A stretch of 32,058 bases of DNA from Candidatus Heimdallarchaeota archaeon (GCA_018238545.1 JABCTC010000038.1:1-32058); one strand, 5' to 3'; positions 15,575-25,110 are shown, counted from the first letter of the stretch. Notes: generated from the letters alone by a model not told the origin. Made by a program: numbers and translations.

Positions 15575-18500
15575 TTATTTCACCAAAATATTTGTATTAA
15601 TGCCGTTTACTTTTTTAATGGTAACTAACGGAGCATTACCACTATGTGCTGGGGAAATGGTTTCTAAAGCATTGATAATATAGTTAAAAGACCCCTCAGT
15701 ATGAACCCATGGAGCTATATTTAGATTCTTAACAATAAGCTGCTTCTCATCATGGGACTCAATTTTGCATTGGGCGGCTAATTCCTGGTTTAGCAGAATT
15801 AAATAGTTATCTCCGGAGATATCGAACCTTTCAGGTAAGTCATTTCTTAGCAAAGAATGAGCTACATCTGTTGGATGAATAACATAGAATCGTTTTCTAT
15901 CTTTTTCCGAGGAATAATCCCTCGAAGCTTCAAACTGTTTCTCGAGCATAATTAAATCGTCATAATTCTCTAAAGTAATATAGTAAAAACTCAAATTATC
16001 CTCTATAAACCTTCCACCGAATATTTCTTCCTCTTCAACTAAAGTGGATAATATTTCTTTGATTTTTATCTTTGTTAAAATAACAGGGATAAATGCGTGT
16101 TCAACTATCTGGTTCTCAGAGGACATCCCTAAGCTGTAAACTATATCTCTTACATACCTTCTTTTAATGACTGTTAAGTCATCATCAAATTCTGGGATAA
16201 ATTTTGAAATATCCCAATATTCTTGAGGGTGATATGTAGTACTAATTGACTTTACTCCAACAAGCATATTTGTTTCTAATAGGCGTAAGGAGGATTTCAG
16301 CGCTGTTCCAGCTCCTGTCCACTTATGGGATAAATCTTGAATATTAGAAGTTCCTTTTGTTATAAGTTTCAAGAGTTCCTCATGTTCTGTTTTGAGTTTT
16401 CTTCTTTTCCTCAAACCACTTTTTCTGTAGCGAGCAAATATTAAAGAGTATAATTTGTCACCTTGACAAAGAATCTTCTTTTCCTCTAATAATTTGTTAA
16501 CTAAAAAGGCAATTATTGCGTTCATTGTTTCAGGAAATCTTGTGATAATCGCTTCAAAACTTAACACTCCAAAATGGTTTATTAAGGATAATAAACTGGT
16601 TTCATTTAATGCTGGAGAATCTTTTCTTAACCAGATTTTATCCATAACATATTTAGATATAATATTTTTTGGAAAAATTCGGGTTACTGTATCTCCACCA
16701 ACCAAAGTATCTTGAATCAAAGTAAAGCCTGTTTTAATCAAGGAATCTTTGATGAATTTATTCGCTGTTGATAGAACTGATTTTCCATTTATATCTTCTA
16801 TTTGTAAACTGAGCACACGATGAATCTTTCGCGTATAAGAGACAAGTTCTGAGGCTATTTTTTGAAGCAGAAGGAAATTGTAAGCAACTATGTCATCGAG
16901 TTGCAAATTATAGATCTGTAGATACTTTCCACGATGAAGCTTATACTCAACTGAACCAACAACCTCACCATCCAGAAGTATAGGATCTATTTTCCCTTCT
17001 CCATAAACATCCCGAATATGAAGTCTTAAACCTAATTTTGTAAATGGATCAGAACGTGGAAGGATAAGTGTTTTCTCATCTTCATGTAGTGAGAGGTTGA
17101 TGAAATCTGCTTTTAGTTTAGAGATAGTTTCAAAACGCTTAGAAGTCAAATAATAATTGGTTTCTCTTGTTGTGAGCTTCTTTTCGATTATTTTCTTTTG
17201 TTTAATTAAATCACGAATATGTTTCTCAACATCACTATATTTGAATCCAGAGATGTGAGTAAGCTCTATCAATGATACTGGACCTAACGACTCAATTAGT
17301 TTATTCAAAATGAATTGGATACTTTTGTCATAATCAGGTAATTTATCCAATGTGAAATATCTGGAAGAAATATCATAAACATTCGGTATAAATTGCTTTG
17401 GTAGAAATGAATCAATAGCAATAGACTTTCTCACAAGATGAAGTGTTTTGTCAAGAATCATAATACTTTCCTGTACGATGTCCTCATCAAGATCAATATA
17501 TTCAACCAACTCTCTTCTTGTTAATGGTCCATACTTTTGAAGTGTATTGAGAACTTTCTCCTCAACTTTAGATAATTCGAACGTTTCTCTGTATGCAACA
17601 TAATAATAGGGGAAATACGCTCTACTCACATATGATAATCGATTATGACTAAATCTTCCTTGAATGATTTCATTTTTTTCCACAAGTTCTCTTACCCAAT
17701 CAATATCATAATCTTTAATTCTAAACGCCAAGGAACTCAAATCTGCAATAGAACCAAAGTCATCTAATAGATACAATATACTTTCTTTTCCAATAAGAGC
17801 CTGTTTAAAATAAGTATCAACAGTGAAATAATAGTGAATGAAATTTAGTTCTTCTGAAGTTAATAATAGTGAACCTTGTTTTCGATTACTCAAATTCCTT
17901 AGTAATTCTCTATCTTCAAGTCTGATATATTGAGGTTCTAGTGTAGCGGCAATAATTTGCCCTTTCAGAATCCTATTCTTTTGCTCTAATTCCATAAGAG
18001 TTCTTGATATTTTCTCTTGGTCTAGAAGAAGGTATTCAACTATATCACTTGTAGATGAGGGACCGTTAATTTTTAGATAATTTAAAACAATTTTCTCCAA
18101 ACAAACTTCAGGATCTAGTTTTCGGGCTTTAATTCTAAACGATTCTGGAACAAAATCTTCTATTGAAATATAATTCCAAGTTGTTTTTCCTTTGTATGTC
18201 TCGAAGTCTATCCGAGTTATTAGCATTGCTCGCTCGAGTTTTTCAAGATTTAACTTAATTTCCTGTTCTTGAAGATCAAGTTCCTCCGTGATTTTCAATA
18301 GCGAAATTGGATATTTTTCTTTTATTAAATCAAGAATTTTTTTATCTTTTTCTGAAAGATCAATTGATTTTAAGTAAATGTTCCAATAGATGGGAAAATC
18401 CTCTAAAGGTATAGTTCTCTGCTCTGTTTGCGAGATGTGAATCTCCATGAACTCTTTATTGTTATGGAGAGCAAAAACCCACAATTTAATTTGCTTGGGA

Positions 18501-21301
18501 TCAGAAATACAGCGGTGATATATACTAGGAGGTTTTTTATCTATTGTTCTTATTGGAGAAATTGCTTTGATAGCATGTCTCAGCTGTTTAAGAGAAGAGA
18601 TAGGGAGTTCTTCATTTCTGTAACTACGATTGTTAAAGATGCTATCTACTAATTCCTTCCTAAAAAGTATCTCTTTTGTGCCTTCCTTTCCAAAAACCTT
18701 GGACAGAACCTGTTGGTGTAATTCTCTAAGTAAAGCACTTCTATCAGAAATCTTAACGATATCAGCGACACCTAACAAAACGATGCCATGTGCAAAAGGG
18801 CTAGGAATATCTGTTAAAGGAGCTATTTTGTATGTATATTCTCCTTTTTCAAGCTTCTTAATAACGTTGTAAGAATTTTCTAGATCCATGTAATCCCGCA
18901 AGATTTCTCGATATGTTTCTTTAATGACACAGAAAGAATCTTGTGTTTTCAGAGTTGGGAACAACCTTCGTGCATACATGGTTTGCCTAGAAACAGGAAT
19001 GTATTTGTTACCGCTCCTTCTTAAGATCATAAAAGCTCTATTTGCAACATGTCTAAATCGTGTTTGGAAAAGTTCAGTGTTTATGATAGCTTGTTTGACA
19101 AGATTTTCCAAATCGTCTGAAGAAATCAAGGTTGGAATATTTGAGGTATCATAGATTTTGCCAGTTGGTAGTATCAACAAGAAACCGTTATCATTTACAG
19201 CTGAAGCTACATCAGCATCAAGTTCTTTGCCAATGGAAAAAGCAAATGCTCGTGCAAGAGCATCATTAACCCTCCTTCCGAAGTAAGCATGAAAAACTAT
19301 GGTCATTCTTCCTTGAGGGTCTAAAAATGACTCTATTAGTAGAGATTTTTCGTTTGGAATAATATTCAAGAAGAGTTGCTGTTCCTTCACATAATCAACA
19401 ATCGTTTTTGCAATTATCTCATCAACTTTAAATGAGGCTTGAATCCATTCCATTGTTTCTTTGGTTTTCTCTTTCTGAATTCTCTGAGCAACAACATCAA
19501 TAAATCTGCCAATTTGTTGAGATAATTCAAATGATCTAGGTAGTTCTTCTCCAACCCAGTTAGGTATAGTTGGTCTTCTTCCGAATGACTCGGAAACTAC
19601 GACACGTGATCCAACTGTTCGTTTGAACTGGTAAGAATGACTTCCTAATACAAAAACATCTCCAGGAGTAAGTCTTTCAACAAACTTTTCTGAAAGAACA
19701 CCTATTCGAGTCCTATAAGTTTCAAGTTCAACCCTGTAATTTGAATTTTCAGGAATTGTACCGAGATTAGTGTAGAATATTAACCGAGAATTTCTTTTCT
19801 TTCCAAACGCTTTTTCTTTATGATCATACCAAATTTTTCGGTAAACTTTCTGCTCTTCAATATCTAGATTATAGCCACCCAAATACTCTAACACATTAAT
19901 ATAATCAACGAAACTAAGCGTTCTGTAATTATATGAACGTTTAATCATCGTGTAAGCTTCATCTACATTCCATCTTTTTGTTATTGACATCCCAACTATA
20001 AACTGAGCAAGAACATCAAGACAGTTTTGAGGAATCTGAACTTTGTCCAACACATGGCTATAAGCACTTTTGGTCAGCACTGCACATTCTATAGCATCAT
20101 CTCTACCAGTTACAAGGAGTCTTCCGCGTGCAATTCTATCAAGAGCATGACCACTACGACCTACTCGTTGAAGATACTTTGCAACTGTTTTAGGAGATCC
20201 TATCTGTGAGACTAACTCAACGCTACCTATATCTATCCCCAGTTCTAAAGAAGTTGAAGTTACAGCTGCAAGTAATTCATTATTTTTCAACCTATCTTCA
20301 ACATCTAACCTGATTTCTCTCGATAAACTAGAATGGTGAACAGCTATAAGAGGTGCATATTCATCTCCAAGAAACTCTTTGAGTTTGAAAGCAACACTTT
20401 CAGCTCCTTTTCTCGTGTTTGTGAAAATAATTGATGTTTCATGGTCTAAAGTAAGATCAGCTAGAACGGAGTATATCCCTTCTTGAACCATAACATAGGG
20501 AGTATGAAGTAGATCTTTCACCGGGCTTATTACTTCAAGATCCATTTTTCTTTGTGGGGGAAGATTAGCTATGTAGCAATCGTTCTCTACACCATTATCA
20601 TCTCTTCCAACAAGAAAACGAGCTATTTCTTCAATAGGTGCTTGTGTTGCAGATAATCCAATCTTAGTAAACTTTTTCTCAACAAGTTGAGTCTGAAGAT
20701 ATTCTAAACATAAAGATAAGAAAACACCTCTCTTGTTTGAACTAACTTCGTGAATTTCATCTAGTATAACCCAACGTACACTTTTCAGATGTTGGGAGAA
20801 CTTTGGAGAAGTTAAAATTAACCCTAAGCTCTCAGGAGTTGTAATTAATATATGAGGAGGAGTCTTCAACATCTTCACACGCTGAGATTGAGGAGTATCT
20901 CCTGTCCTAACATCAACTCTTATTTTAGGCACAACAATATTGTTTGCAGCTGCAAGATCTTGAATTCCTTGTAAAGGTTCTTCCAAATTTTTTCTTATGT
21001 CATTCCCTAAAGCTTTGAGAGGGGAAATATATAGGACATATATCTGATCCTTCAGTTTCCCTTTGGTAGACTCGATGTAAAGCTCGTTAATTGCAGCAAG
21101 AAAAGCAGCAAAGGTTTTTCCTGAACCAGTTGAGCTGAAAATGAGTGTGTTCTTCTGTTCGTGTATAAGTGGAATAGAATACAATTGTGGAGGTGTAAAT
21201 CCTGCAGGGAATCTAGAGGTAAACCAATCTTTTATTTCCTCAGCTAGAAAAGAGAAAATGGAATCAGCTGTAGATGGGTTATCTAGATAATGCAGAGTCA
21301 T
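15575..21301 (-). CDS. lhr: Large Lhr-family SF2 helicase with a ~1040-aa C-terminal extension of HTH_42/AlkZ-like repeats
   Basis: TGSGKT, YISPLKAL, RTGDT, TTPESL, DEIH, GLSAT, FTNTR, HHSSL, SLELGIDIG, QRVGRSGH and the Lhr-specific LDVLAQ, GTIP, PNWVGE, GRRVNDAL and PSPFA motifs. The core ends near aa 870. Confidence 0.93.
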   Translation of the reverse strand: MTLHYLDNPSTADSIFSFLAEEIKDWFTSRFPAGFTPPQLYSIPLIHEQKNTLIFSSTGSGKTFAAFLAAINELYIESTKGKLKDQIYVLYISPLKALGNDIRKNLEEPLQGIQDLAAANNIVVPKIRVDVRTGDTPQSQRVKMLKTPPHILITTPESLGLILTSPKFSQHLKSVRWVILDEIHEVSSNKRGVFLSLCLEYLQTQLVEKKFTKIGLSATQAPIEEIARFLVGRDDNGVENDCYIANLPPQRKMDLEVISPVKDLLHTPYVMVQEGIYSVLADLTLDHETSIIFTNTRKGAESVAFKLKEFLGDEYAPLIAVHHSSLSREIRLDVEDRLKNNELLAAVTSTSLELGIDIGSVELVSQIGSPKTVAKYLQRVGRSGHALDRIARGRLLVTGRDDAIECAVLTKSAYSHVLDKVQIPQNCLDVLAQFIVGMSITKRWNVDEAYTMIKRSYNYRTLSFVDYINVLEYLGGYNLDIEEQKVYRKIWYDHKEKAFGKKRNSRLIFYTNLGTIPENSNYRVELETYRTRIGVLSEKFVERLTPGDVFVLGSHSYQFKRTVGSRVVVSESFGRRPTIPNWVGEELPRSFELSQQIGRFIDVVAQRIQKEKTKETMEWIQASFKVDEIIAKTIVDYVKEQQLFLNIIPNEKSLLIESFLDPQGRMTIVFHAYFGRRVNDALARAFAFSIGKELDADVASAVNDNGFLLILPTGKIYDTSNIPTLISSDDLENLVKQAIINTELFQTRFRHVANRAFMILRRSGNKYIPVSRQTMYARRLFPTLKTQDSFCVIKETYREILRDYMDLENSYNVIKKLEKGEYTYKIAPLTDIPSPFAHGIVLLGVADIVKISDRSALLRELHQQVLSKVFGKEGTKEILFRKELVDSIFNNRSYRNEELPISSLKQLRHAIKAISPIRTIDKKPPSIYHRCISDPKQIKLWVFALHNNKEFMEIHISQTEQRTIPLEDFPIYWNIYLKSIDLSEKDKKILDLIKEKYPISLLKITEELDLQEQEIKLNLEKLERAMLITRIDFETYKGKTTWNYISIEDFVPESFRIKARKLDPEVCLEKIVLNYLKINGPSSTSDIVEYLLLDQEKISRTLMELEQKNRILKGQIIAATLEPQYIRLEDRELLRNLSNRKQGSLLLTSEELNFIHYYFTVDTYFKQALIGKESILYLLDDFGSIADLSSLAFRIKDYDIDWVRELVEKNEIIQGRFSHNRLSYVSRAYFPYYYVAYRETFELSKVEEKVLNTLQKYGPLTRRELVEYIDLDEDIVQESIMILDKTLHLVRKSIAIDSFLPKQFIPNVYDISSRYFTLDKLPDYDKSIQFILNKLIESLGPVSLIELTHISGFKYSDVEKHIRDLIKQKKIIEKKLTTRETNYYLTSKRFETISKLKADFINLSLHEDEKTLILPRSDPFTKLGLRLHIRDVYGEGKIDPILLDGEVVGSVEYKLHRGKYLQIYNLQLDDIVAYNFLLLQKIASELVSYTRKIHRVLSLQIEDINGKSVLSTANKFIKDSLIKTGFTLIQDTLVGGDTVTRIFPKNIISKYVMDKIWLRKDSPALNETSLLSLINHFGVLSFEAIITRFPETMNAIIAFLVNKLLEEKKILCQGDKLYSLIFARYRKSGLRKRRKLKTEHEELLKLITKGTSNIQDLSHKWTGAGTALKSSLRLLETNMLVGVKSISTTYHPQEYWDISKFIPEFDDDLTVIKRRYVRDIVYSLGMSSENQIVEHAFIPVILTKIKIKEILSTLVEEEEIFGGRFIEDNLSFYYITLENYDDLIMLEKQFEASRDYSSEKDRKRFYVIHPTDVAHSLLRNDLPERFDISGDNYLILLNQELAAQCKIESHDEKQLIVKNLNIAPWVHTEGSFNYIINALETISPAHSGNAPLVTIKKVNGINTNILVK

Positions 21302-21328
21302 CTGATGATATCAAGAATACTTTTTCAC

Positions 21329-21334
21329 TATAAA
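21329..21334 (-). promoter_or_regulatory. Putative TATA box (TTTATA) for lhr
   Basis: TTTATA on the minus strand about 28-33 nt upstream of the lhr ATG. Confidence 0.4.
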
Positions 21335-21380
21335 TATATCATTATCATAAAGTAAACTTACGATAGTTAGAACAAGAACA

Positions 21381-21887
21381 TCATTGTGGTTCCAAGGACA
21401 TCTCTGAACTTCTTTTCTTCCCCCATTCCATAACGAAAGCTGATTCGCCATCTCTGTAATACTCTTTGAATTCTTTTTTGATATAGAAACCTAGCTTCCT
21501 ATACATTTCAATTGCTGCAACATTTGATACTCTAACTTCTAGATATATTGTTTCAACTTCATGGTCAATCAGCTTTTTCAAACCATATTTCATTATTTTA
21601 ATGCCTAAACCTTTGCGTCTATATTTAGGTATAATAGCTATTGATATGACATGACCTTTTGCAGACTGTACTCCAAGAAAAGATGTAAATGGACGTTCGA
21701 TTCGTGATAGAACATAGCCTACTATTTCTCCCTTCAGTTCTCCTATAACACAAGCATAACCAAAATCACTTAAAATGCGATAAAAGAAATCAAAAGAATA
21801 GTTTTCAGGAAGACAAACCTTGTTTATTTTCATGATTTCATTTATGTCACTTAATTCTGCTTGTCTAATAGTATAGCTAAGTTCCAT
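21381..21887 (-). CDS. N-alpha-acetyltransferase, Ard1/Naa10/RimI family
   Basis: LPENY, VGYV, GHVISIAI, YRRKGLG, LEVRVSN..AI..Y and YYRDGESA. Confidence 0.9.
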   Translation of the reverse strand: MELSYTIRQAELSDINEIMKINKVCLPENYSFDFFYRILSDFGYACVIGELKGEIVGYVLSRIERPFTSFLGVQSAKGHVISIAIIPKYRRKGLGIKIMKYGLKKLIDHEVETIYLEVRVSNVAAIEMYRKLGFYIKKEFKEYYRDGESAFVMEWGKKRSSEMSLEPQ

Positions 21888-22004
21888 TGTCGAGCCTCTA
21901 ATATTGAAGATATTAACTCTTTTTTCAATTTTTTGTTAAGGAGATAGAATTTGACGAACTTAAATATATTCTTAAAGCTTCATTTAGGAAATTTATTGCC
22001 TTAA

Positions 22005-23291
22005 ATGACTACACCTAGTGACTCTACTGATAGTGACATGATGCCGGATGAAATAATTGATAGGTTTATGTACCATCCATCGCTTTTACATCGCTGGTTA
22101 GAGCAATTAGGGATTAATTATACAATTGATCTGCTTTCTACTTTACGAAAACCTAACGATTCAATGTGGGTACAAGTAAATAAAAGCAAAATAGATTTTG
22201 ATTCTTTGCTAGACATTTTTGAAGATATGGAATTCAAAGCCAATAAACACCCATTGTTTGATGATTTTATTCAAGTTAAAATTGGTTCAAATGAATTTGA
22301 TAGTACTGAAAAAGTTCTACCAATGATTAAAGTTGATAGAGAATCAACAACAAGCATAGCACTAGGTAAAGATGTTAATTCAACAAATGTTACCGAAGTA
22401 AATCAGTTTTTTGCAGGTGATACTGTAAGAATTATAGATTTTATTGGAAATATAATTGCTGTTGGTATTGCAGAAATTCATAGTACAGAAGTTAAAGACA
22501 AAACTGTCAGAGTAGCAGCGAAAAACATCAAATCACTAGGTGTTACTCCCCAACTAACGGAATTGATGGTATATCGAAGAGGGTATTTTAACATCCTCAC
22601 TCCAACTCAAGCATTTAGTGTAAAATCAACCCATTTGAAAGCTGAAGATAATATATTAGTTATGACAGGAGATAAAGGGGATGTAGCTAGTTATATTGCT
22701 GAATTAACTAACAATAATTGCCCCATCACTGTCATTGTTAATAACAAGCTTCAACTAAAAGCAACAAGAAGACAAGTTGAAAGAACAAAGAGTAAAGCAA
22801 TAAGAATCATAAGACGTCCATTTTTAAAATACTTAAACGATCATCAAGAAATAAAATATAGTGTTGTATTTCTAGAACCACAGAATTCCAGAACTGCTAT
22901 TATGCCCACATTCTCATCTAATTTAGGAGTCACAAAGCTAGACACATTTGCTACAGCTCAAAAGGAAGTAATCACCAATTTATATCGTTGTCTCTACGAT
23001 TCCGCAACTATCACTTACTTCACTCATTCGGTTGATATAAGTGAAAATGAAGGGGTATACAATCATGCTTTGAGTAAGGCATACTACGAAGATCACAAAT
23101 TTACTGAAGAAATCAGACTGTTACAAAAGAAAAAGAAAGTGTCTTACAGAGAACTCCCAGAAGAAACCTATTTAGACTATACTTTCGAGCATAAAAATTC
23201 CTCTATTTATATTGACCCCGTGAAAATAAATAACTCTGGTGGGTATATAGCCAAGTTCAAGTTTGGAAAAATAGACAAGAATAATGATTGA
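22005..23291 (+). CDS. NSUN6/RsmB-like PUA-domain RNA m5C methyltransferase homolog, apparently catalytically degenerate
   Basis: N-terminal VQVN region, PUA domain (IKVD...IALGKDV...FFAGDTV...IAVGIA), and a MTase skeleton in which LEPQNS replaces DAPCS and YFTHSV...ENEGV replaces YSTCS...ENE. Confidence 0.75.
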   Translation: MTTPSDSTDSDMMPDEIIDRFMYHPSLLHRWLEQLGINYTIDLLSTLRKPNDSMWVQVNKSKIDFDSLLDIFEDMEFKANKHPLFDDFIQVKIGSNEFDSTEKVLPMIKVDRESTTSIALGKDVNSTNVTEVNQFFAGDTVRIIDFIGNIIAVGIAEIHSTEVKDKTVRVAAKNIKSLGVTPQLTELMVYRRGYFNILTPTQAFSVKSTHLKAEDNILVMTGDKGDVASYIAELTNNNCPITVIVNNKLQLKATRRQVERTKSKAIRIIRRPFLKYLNDHQEIKYSVVFLEPQNSRTAIMPTFSSNLGVTKLDTFATAQKEVITNLYRCLYDSATITYFTHSVDISENEGVYNHALSKAYYEDHKFTEEIRLLQKKKKVSYRELPEETYLDYTFEHKNSSIYIDPVKINNSGGYIAKFKFGKIDKNND

Positions 23292-23293
23292 TT

Positions 23294-23863
23294 CTATCCC
23301 ATCATATGGGAATCAAGTTCATTAACTAACCAGATAAAAGCTTCTTTGATACCTTTGCCATGCAATATACTGGTGTCAAAAACAGCAAAAGTTCTATCTT
23401 TTAAATCAAGATGCAAACCCAACATCTGAATAAGTAGAGGAGCTTCCACAGCGCCAGGAAGATCTTGTTTATTTGCCATGATTAAAGTAGGAACATTTTC
23501 CATGTAAGGATTATTAAAAACATGAGTCTTAAGAACATCACGTGCTTCAGGAAGACGCTCAATATCAGCAGCATCAATAACAAAGATAACTGCAGAACAG
23601 CCGGGATAGTGGGCCTCCCACAGGAATCTAAAGTGACTTTGTCCAGCCACATCTATGGCAGTTATTGTCCATCCTTCGAACTCGAATGATTCAATATTTT
23701 GTCCTATTGTTGGTGTAAGATTTTCAGCGAATTTCCCAAACCTCATAAATCTTGTCAAAGTAGTTTTTCCAGCAGCATCTAAACCCAAAATCAGGATTTT
23801 TGCCTTTTGTTCTCTCTTAAGCTTTGTTCTTAACCAAGAGGAAAATGATCCAAACATACTCAT
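23294..23863 (-). CDS. Arf/Sar1-like small GTPase with an N-terminal amphipathic helix
   Basis: ILILGLDAAGKTT, PTIGQNIE, DVAGQ..FRFLW, IFVIDAAD.ERL.EAR, ANKQDLPGA and GKGIKEAFIWL. Confidence 0.92.
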   Translation of the reverse strand: MSMFGSFSSWLRTKLKREQKAKILILGLDAAGKTTLTRFMRFGKFAENLTPTIGQNIESFEFEGWTITAIDVAGQSHFRFLWEAHYPGCSAVIFVIDAADIERLPEARDVLKTHVFNNPYMENVPTLIMANKQDLPGAVEAPLLIQMLGLHLDLKDRTFAVFDTSILHGKGIKEAFIWLVNELDSHMMG

Positions 23864-24379
23864 TATCTGACAATCCGTGTTGTTATCTTACTTTTAGGGG
23901 ACATTTTATAAGTGTTTTTTTTGTTTTATTACTATCTGATTCATCTGCTCTATTTTCTTATTAAAGTTTTTCCAGATATGCAACGGCGTTTTAGATATTA
24001 TTTTCACTTATTGGAACAGCTCCACCTAATTTCTGATTTTTATGTCGGTATTAAAAATATTTCTTTATCACTTTGTTTTAAAATTTCCTTTTTTCCTCAC
24101 CTGTTACTCTTTTTTAGCTAATAAACTATGAATTTCTCCCTACAACCAGGATAGTGTAGTTCCCAAGAAACCTGAATGTGAAACACTCAAGGTTTTTCAC
24201 TTTTGGTTTTTATAACTCTTCTGCTTTAATGTCGGCATTATAATTTTTTCTTATCATTTGGCTCTAAAATTTCTTTTCTTCTTTACTCAAGTTGCTCTTT
24301 TTAGCCAATTAACTAAAGATTTTTAAGATGTGTATTTGGAAAAATAGTAGTTGAATTCAACTTGTTTTGGTGAGAAGTA

Positions 24380-24688
24380 GTGACACATGGCTCTGGGGAA
24401 ACTGAAAGTTTAGAAATAGTTAACAAAAAGGTTGTTATCGGTCCTGATCGATTAACAAGATTTGAACGTGCTAGAATCGTAGGGGCAAGAGCTTTACAAT
24501 TAAGTATGGGGGCACCTGTTTTGCTACCTCTTGAAGAATTTGACAATAAATCCCCGTTAATTATTGCCGAAATGGAGTTGCGAGCTAAAGTCTTGCCATT
24601 AAGCATCAGAAGAACCCAACCTAATAGAACTTATCAGATCATAGCATTACAAAGATTGAGAGATATACAAGCTCTAAGAGAGATCTAA
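24380..24688 (+). CDS. rpoK: DNA-directed RNA polymerase subunit K (Rpo6/RPB6/omega)
   Basis: [31 protein letters not shown] and LPLSIRR; GTG start uncertain. Confidence 0.93.
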   Translation: MTHGSGETESLEIVNKKVVIGPDRLTRFERARIVGARALQLSMGAPVLLPLEEFDNKSPLIIAEMELRAKVLPLSIRRTQPNRTYQIIALQRLRDIQALREI

Positions 24689-24760
24689 CAAAATTGTATT
24701 AATACTCCCAGAAAGAAACAAATAAAAATACTAACCAAAGCACTAAAGTGAGTGACAAAA

Positions 24761-25063
24761 ATGGTCAAAATTCCTGAAACAATGTTCAAATACTGCACAA
24801 AATGCGGCAAACATGTCAAAATGAAAGTGAAACAAGAGAAATCTGCCAGAAGAGCTGGTGGATTTACTGCGATGGCTAGACGAGAGAAAAGGAAAAGACG
24901 AGGTTACGGGAATAAAGGAAGGTTTAGTAAGCGTCCAGTCACTCAGACCAAAATGGCTTCTAAAACATCTAAAAAGGTTGATTTAAGGTTATCTTGCCCC
25001 GACTGTGGCAAAATATGGGTTCTTTCTTATCCAAGAACCAAAAGAGTAGAAATCGTCAAATAA
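24761..25063 (+). CDS. rpl44e: 50S ribosomal protein L44e (eL42)
   Basis: Basic protein with YCTKCGKH and KKVDLRLSCPDCGK zinc knuckles and GYGN. ATG at 24761 is preferred; GTG at 24752 is the alternative. Confidence 0.9.
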   Translation: MVKIPETMFKYCTKCGKHVKMKVKQEKSARRAGGFTAMARREKRKRRGYGNKGRFSKRPVTQTKMASKTSKKVDLRLSCPDCGKIWVLSYPRTKRVEIVK

Positions 25064-25067
25064 ACGA

Positions 25068-25110
25068 ATTTTTCATTCTTTTCTTACTACTATTTTTCAC
25101 TTTGTTTTTC
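25068..25110 (+). terminator. U-rich archaeal-type terminator after rpl44e
   Basis: Repeated T runs directly after the stop codon. Confidence 0.35.

Noticed and set aside
15575-21301. Intein as the explanation for the large Lhr size
   Set aside because: The helicase motifs are normally spaced, no intein splice-junction or LAGLIDADG motifs were seen, and the extra length is C-terminal repeats.
23912-24121. 69-aa Phe/Leu-rich ORF
   Set aside because: Its composition reflects T-rich intergenic DNA; GTG start and no motif.
24126-24176. Possible C/D-box sRNA (ATGAA...CTGA)
   Set aside because: The C box does not match RUGAUGA and no internal D'/C' boxes are evident.
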